NCBI RefSeq assembly: GCF_036365525.1
Contig: NC_090378.1
Coordinates: forward strand, 24,610,457 to 24,674,456
From: Heterodontus francisci
Lineage: Eukaryota
Reading direction: 5' to 3'
DNA: 64,000 nt
The notes under the pieces are model-generated. The model did not search any database and had not been told where the DNA came from. It was given only the letters and a program-made list of their open reading frames with translations. Numbering within the stretch: the stretch's first letter is position 1; each line of letters opens with the position of its first letter. The translations under genes were made by a program, and so were the position numbers. This document shows positions 61,921-64,000 of the stretch, in pieces.

Positions 61921-63830
61921 GTCATAGAGTTATACAGCACGGAAACAGGCTCTTTGGCCCAATGCGTCTGCACCGACGATCAAGCACCCATCCAATCTAA
62001 TCCCATTTTCCTGCACTTAGCCCTTAGCCTTGCATGCTATGGCGTTTCAAGTGCTTATCTAAATGTTGTGAGGGTTCCCCCCTCCACCACCCCTTCAGGC
62101 AGTGTGTTCCAGATTCCAACCACCCTCTGGGTGAAAAAACTTTTCCTCAACTCCCCTCTAAACCTCCTGCTCCTTACCTTAAATCTATGCCCCTGGTTAT
62201 TGACCCCTCCGCTAAGGGAAAAAGTTTCTTCCTAGCTATCCTATCAATGCCCCTCATAATTTTGTATATCTCAATCATATCTCCCCTCAGCCTTCTCTGC
62301 TCCAAGGAAAACAACCCCAGCCAATCCAGTCTCTCTTCATAGCTGAAATGCTCCAGCCCAGGCAACACCCTGGCGAATCTCCTCTGCACCTTCTCCAGTG
62401 CAATCACATCCTTCCTATAATGTGGTGACCAGAACTGTACACAGTACTCCAGCTGTGGCTTAAACAGTGTTTTATACAGCTCCATCATAACTCTTATACT
62501 CTATGCCTCGGCTAATAAAGGCAAGTATCTCATATGCCTTCCTAACCATCTTATCTACCTGTGCTGCTGCCTTCAGCGATCGATGGACAAGTACACCAGG
62601 GTCCCTCGGACCCTCTGTACTTCCTAGGGTCCTACCATCCATTGTATATTCCCTTACCTTGTTAGTCCTCCCAAAGTGTATCACCTCACACTTCTCAGGA
62701 CTAAATTCCATCTGCCACTGCTCTGCCCATCTTACCAGCCCAACTATATCGTCCTGTAATCTAAGCTTTCCTCCTTACTATTTACAACACCACCAATTTT
62801 TGTGTCATCTGTGAACTTACTGATCATACCTCATATTCACGTCTAAAAATGAATGTACACTACAAAGTAATGGTCCCAGCACCAATCCCTGCGGTACACC
62901 ACTGGTCACAGGCCTCCATTCGCAAAAATAACCCTTGACTATCACCCTCTGCCTCCTTCCACTAAGCCATTTTGGATCCAATTTGCCAAATTGCCCTGGA
63001 TCCCATGGGCTCTTACCTTCTTAACTAATCTCCCATGCGGACCTTATCAAAAGCCTTACTGAAGTCCCTGTAGATTACATCAACTGCTTTACCCTCATCT
63101 ACACATCTAGCCACCTCCTCGAATAATTCAATCAAGTTTGTCAGACACAATCTCTCCCTGACAAAACCATGCTTGATCAATCCCTGCCTCTCCAAGTGGA
63201 GATTAATCCTGTCTCTCAGAATTTTTTCCAGTTGTTTCCCTACCACTGACGTTAGACTCACTGGCCCATAATTACCTGGTTTATCCCTGCTACCCATCTT
63301 GACTAATGGTGCCACATTCGCTGTCCTCCAGTCCTCTGGTACCTCTCCTGTGGCTAGAGAGGTTTTGAAAATTTGTGTCAAAGCCCTTGCTATCTCCTCC
63401 CTTGCCTCACACAGCAGCCTGGGATACATCTCATCTGGGCCTGAGGATTTATCCACCTTTAAGCCCACTAAAACAGCTAATACTTCCTCCACTTCGATGC
63501 TAATTTGTTCAAGTATATCACAATCCCCCCACCAACAACACCCACCCACCCCCGATCTCTACACCTACACCATCTTTCTCCATAGTGAACACAGATGAAA
63601 AGTAATCATTTAAAACCTCACCTATGTCCTCCGGCTCCATCCACAGATTGCCACTTTGGTCCTTAATAGGCCCTGCTCTTTCCCTGGTTATCCTCTTACC
63701 CTTAATATACTTATAAAACACCTTGGGATTTTCCTTTATCTTGTCTGCCAGTGTTTTTTCATGCCCCCTCTTTACTCTCCTAATTCCTTTAAGTACCCCC
63801 CTACACTTCCTATACTCCTCTAGGGCCTCC
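61921..63830 (-). mobile_element. CR1 fragment (~1.9 kb) nested in another CR1 (61765-61920 / 63830-64000)
   Basis: ORFs 62174, 62472, 63025 and 63518 encode consecutive CR1 ORF2 segments (KSSGPDEMYPRLL, DFSKAFDKV). Confidence 0.9.
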
Positions 63831-64000
63831 AATGTCCAATGAGTACAGGCCCAATCTGCTCAACCTTTCCTCATAAGACAACCCCTTCATCCCAGGAATC
63901 AACCTTATTGAACCTTCTCTGAACTGCCTGCAATTCAAGTATAGCCCTCCTTAAATCAGGAGACCAAACTGTATGCAGGAGTGGTTTGTAAATGTCAGCA

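Noticed and set aside
1-64000. CRISPR array, operon or prokaryotic defence system
   Set aside because: No regularly spaced repeat-spacer array; spliced vertebrate genes and eukaryotic TEs explain the window

Overview
Vertebrate genomic DNA, almost certainly from a cartilaginous fish (shark): it carries HE1-type V-SINEs with CR1/HER1 tails, abundant CR1 and Penelope elements. Two complete 7-exon minus-strand genes were reconstructed by hand with consistent GT-AG sites and reading phases. GCLM spans CDS 48441->27741 (276 aa) and DNTTIP2 spans CDS 22734->2613 (468 aa), in the same tandem order as in human. A probable first coding exon (MSRVTFFE|gtaaga) of a TECR-family gene sits divergently on the + strand at 59839. 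The rest is mostly nested transposable elements: CR1, a second CR1/L2-group LINE, L2, RTE (one near-full-length copy with TSD), Penelope, hAT elements and SINEs. The most notable signals are (1) short palindromic Penelope-derived elements carrying paired minimal hammerhead-ribozyme motifs in introns of both genes, (2) a locally templated inverted repeat bracketing the in-frame-skippable GCLM exon 4, (3) a hAT MITE placing a perfect CRE and a divergent splice donor in the GCLM promoter, and (4) the 3' half of an HDV-like ribozyme fold at the RTE 5' end. No prokaryotic-type system was seen. All family assignments come from recalled motifs, not database searches.
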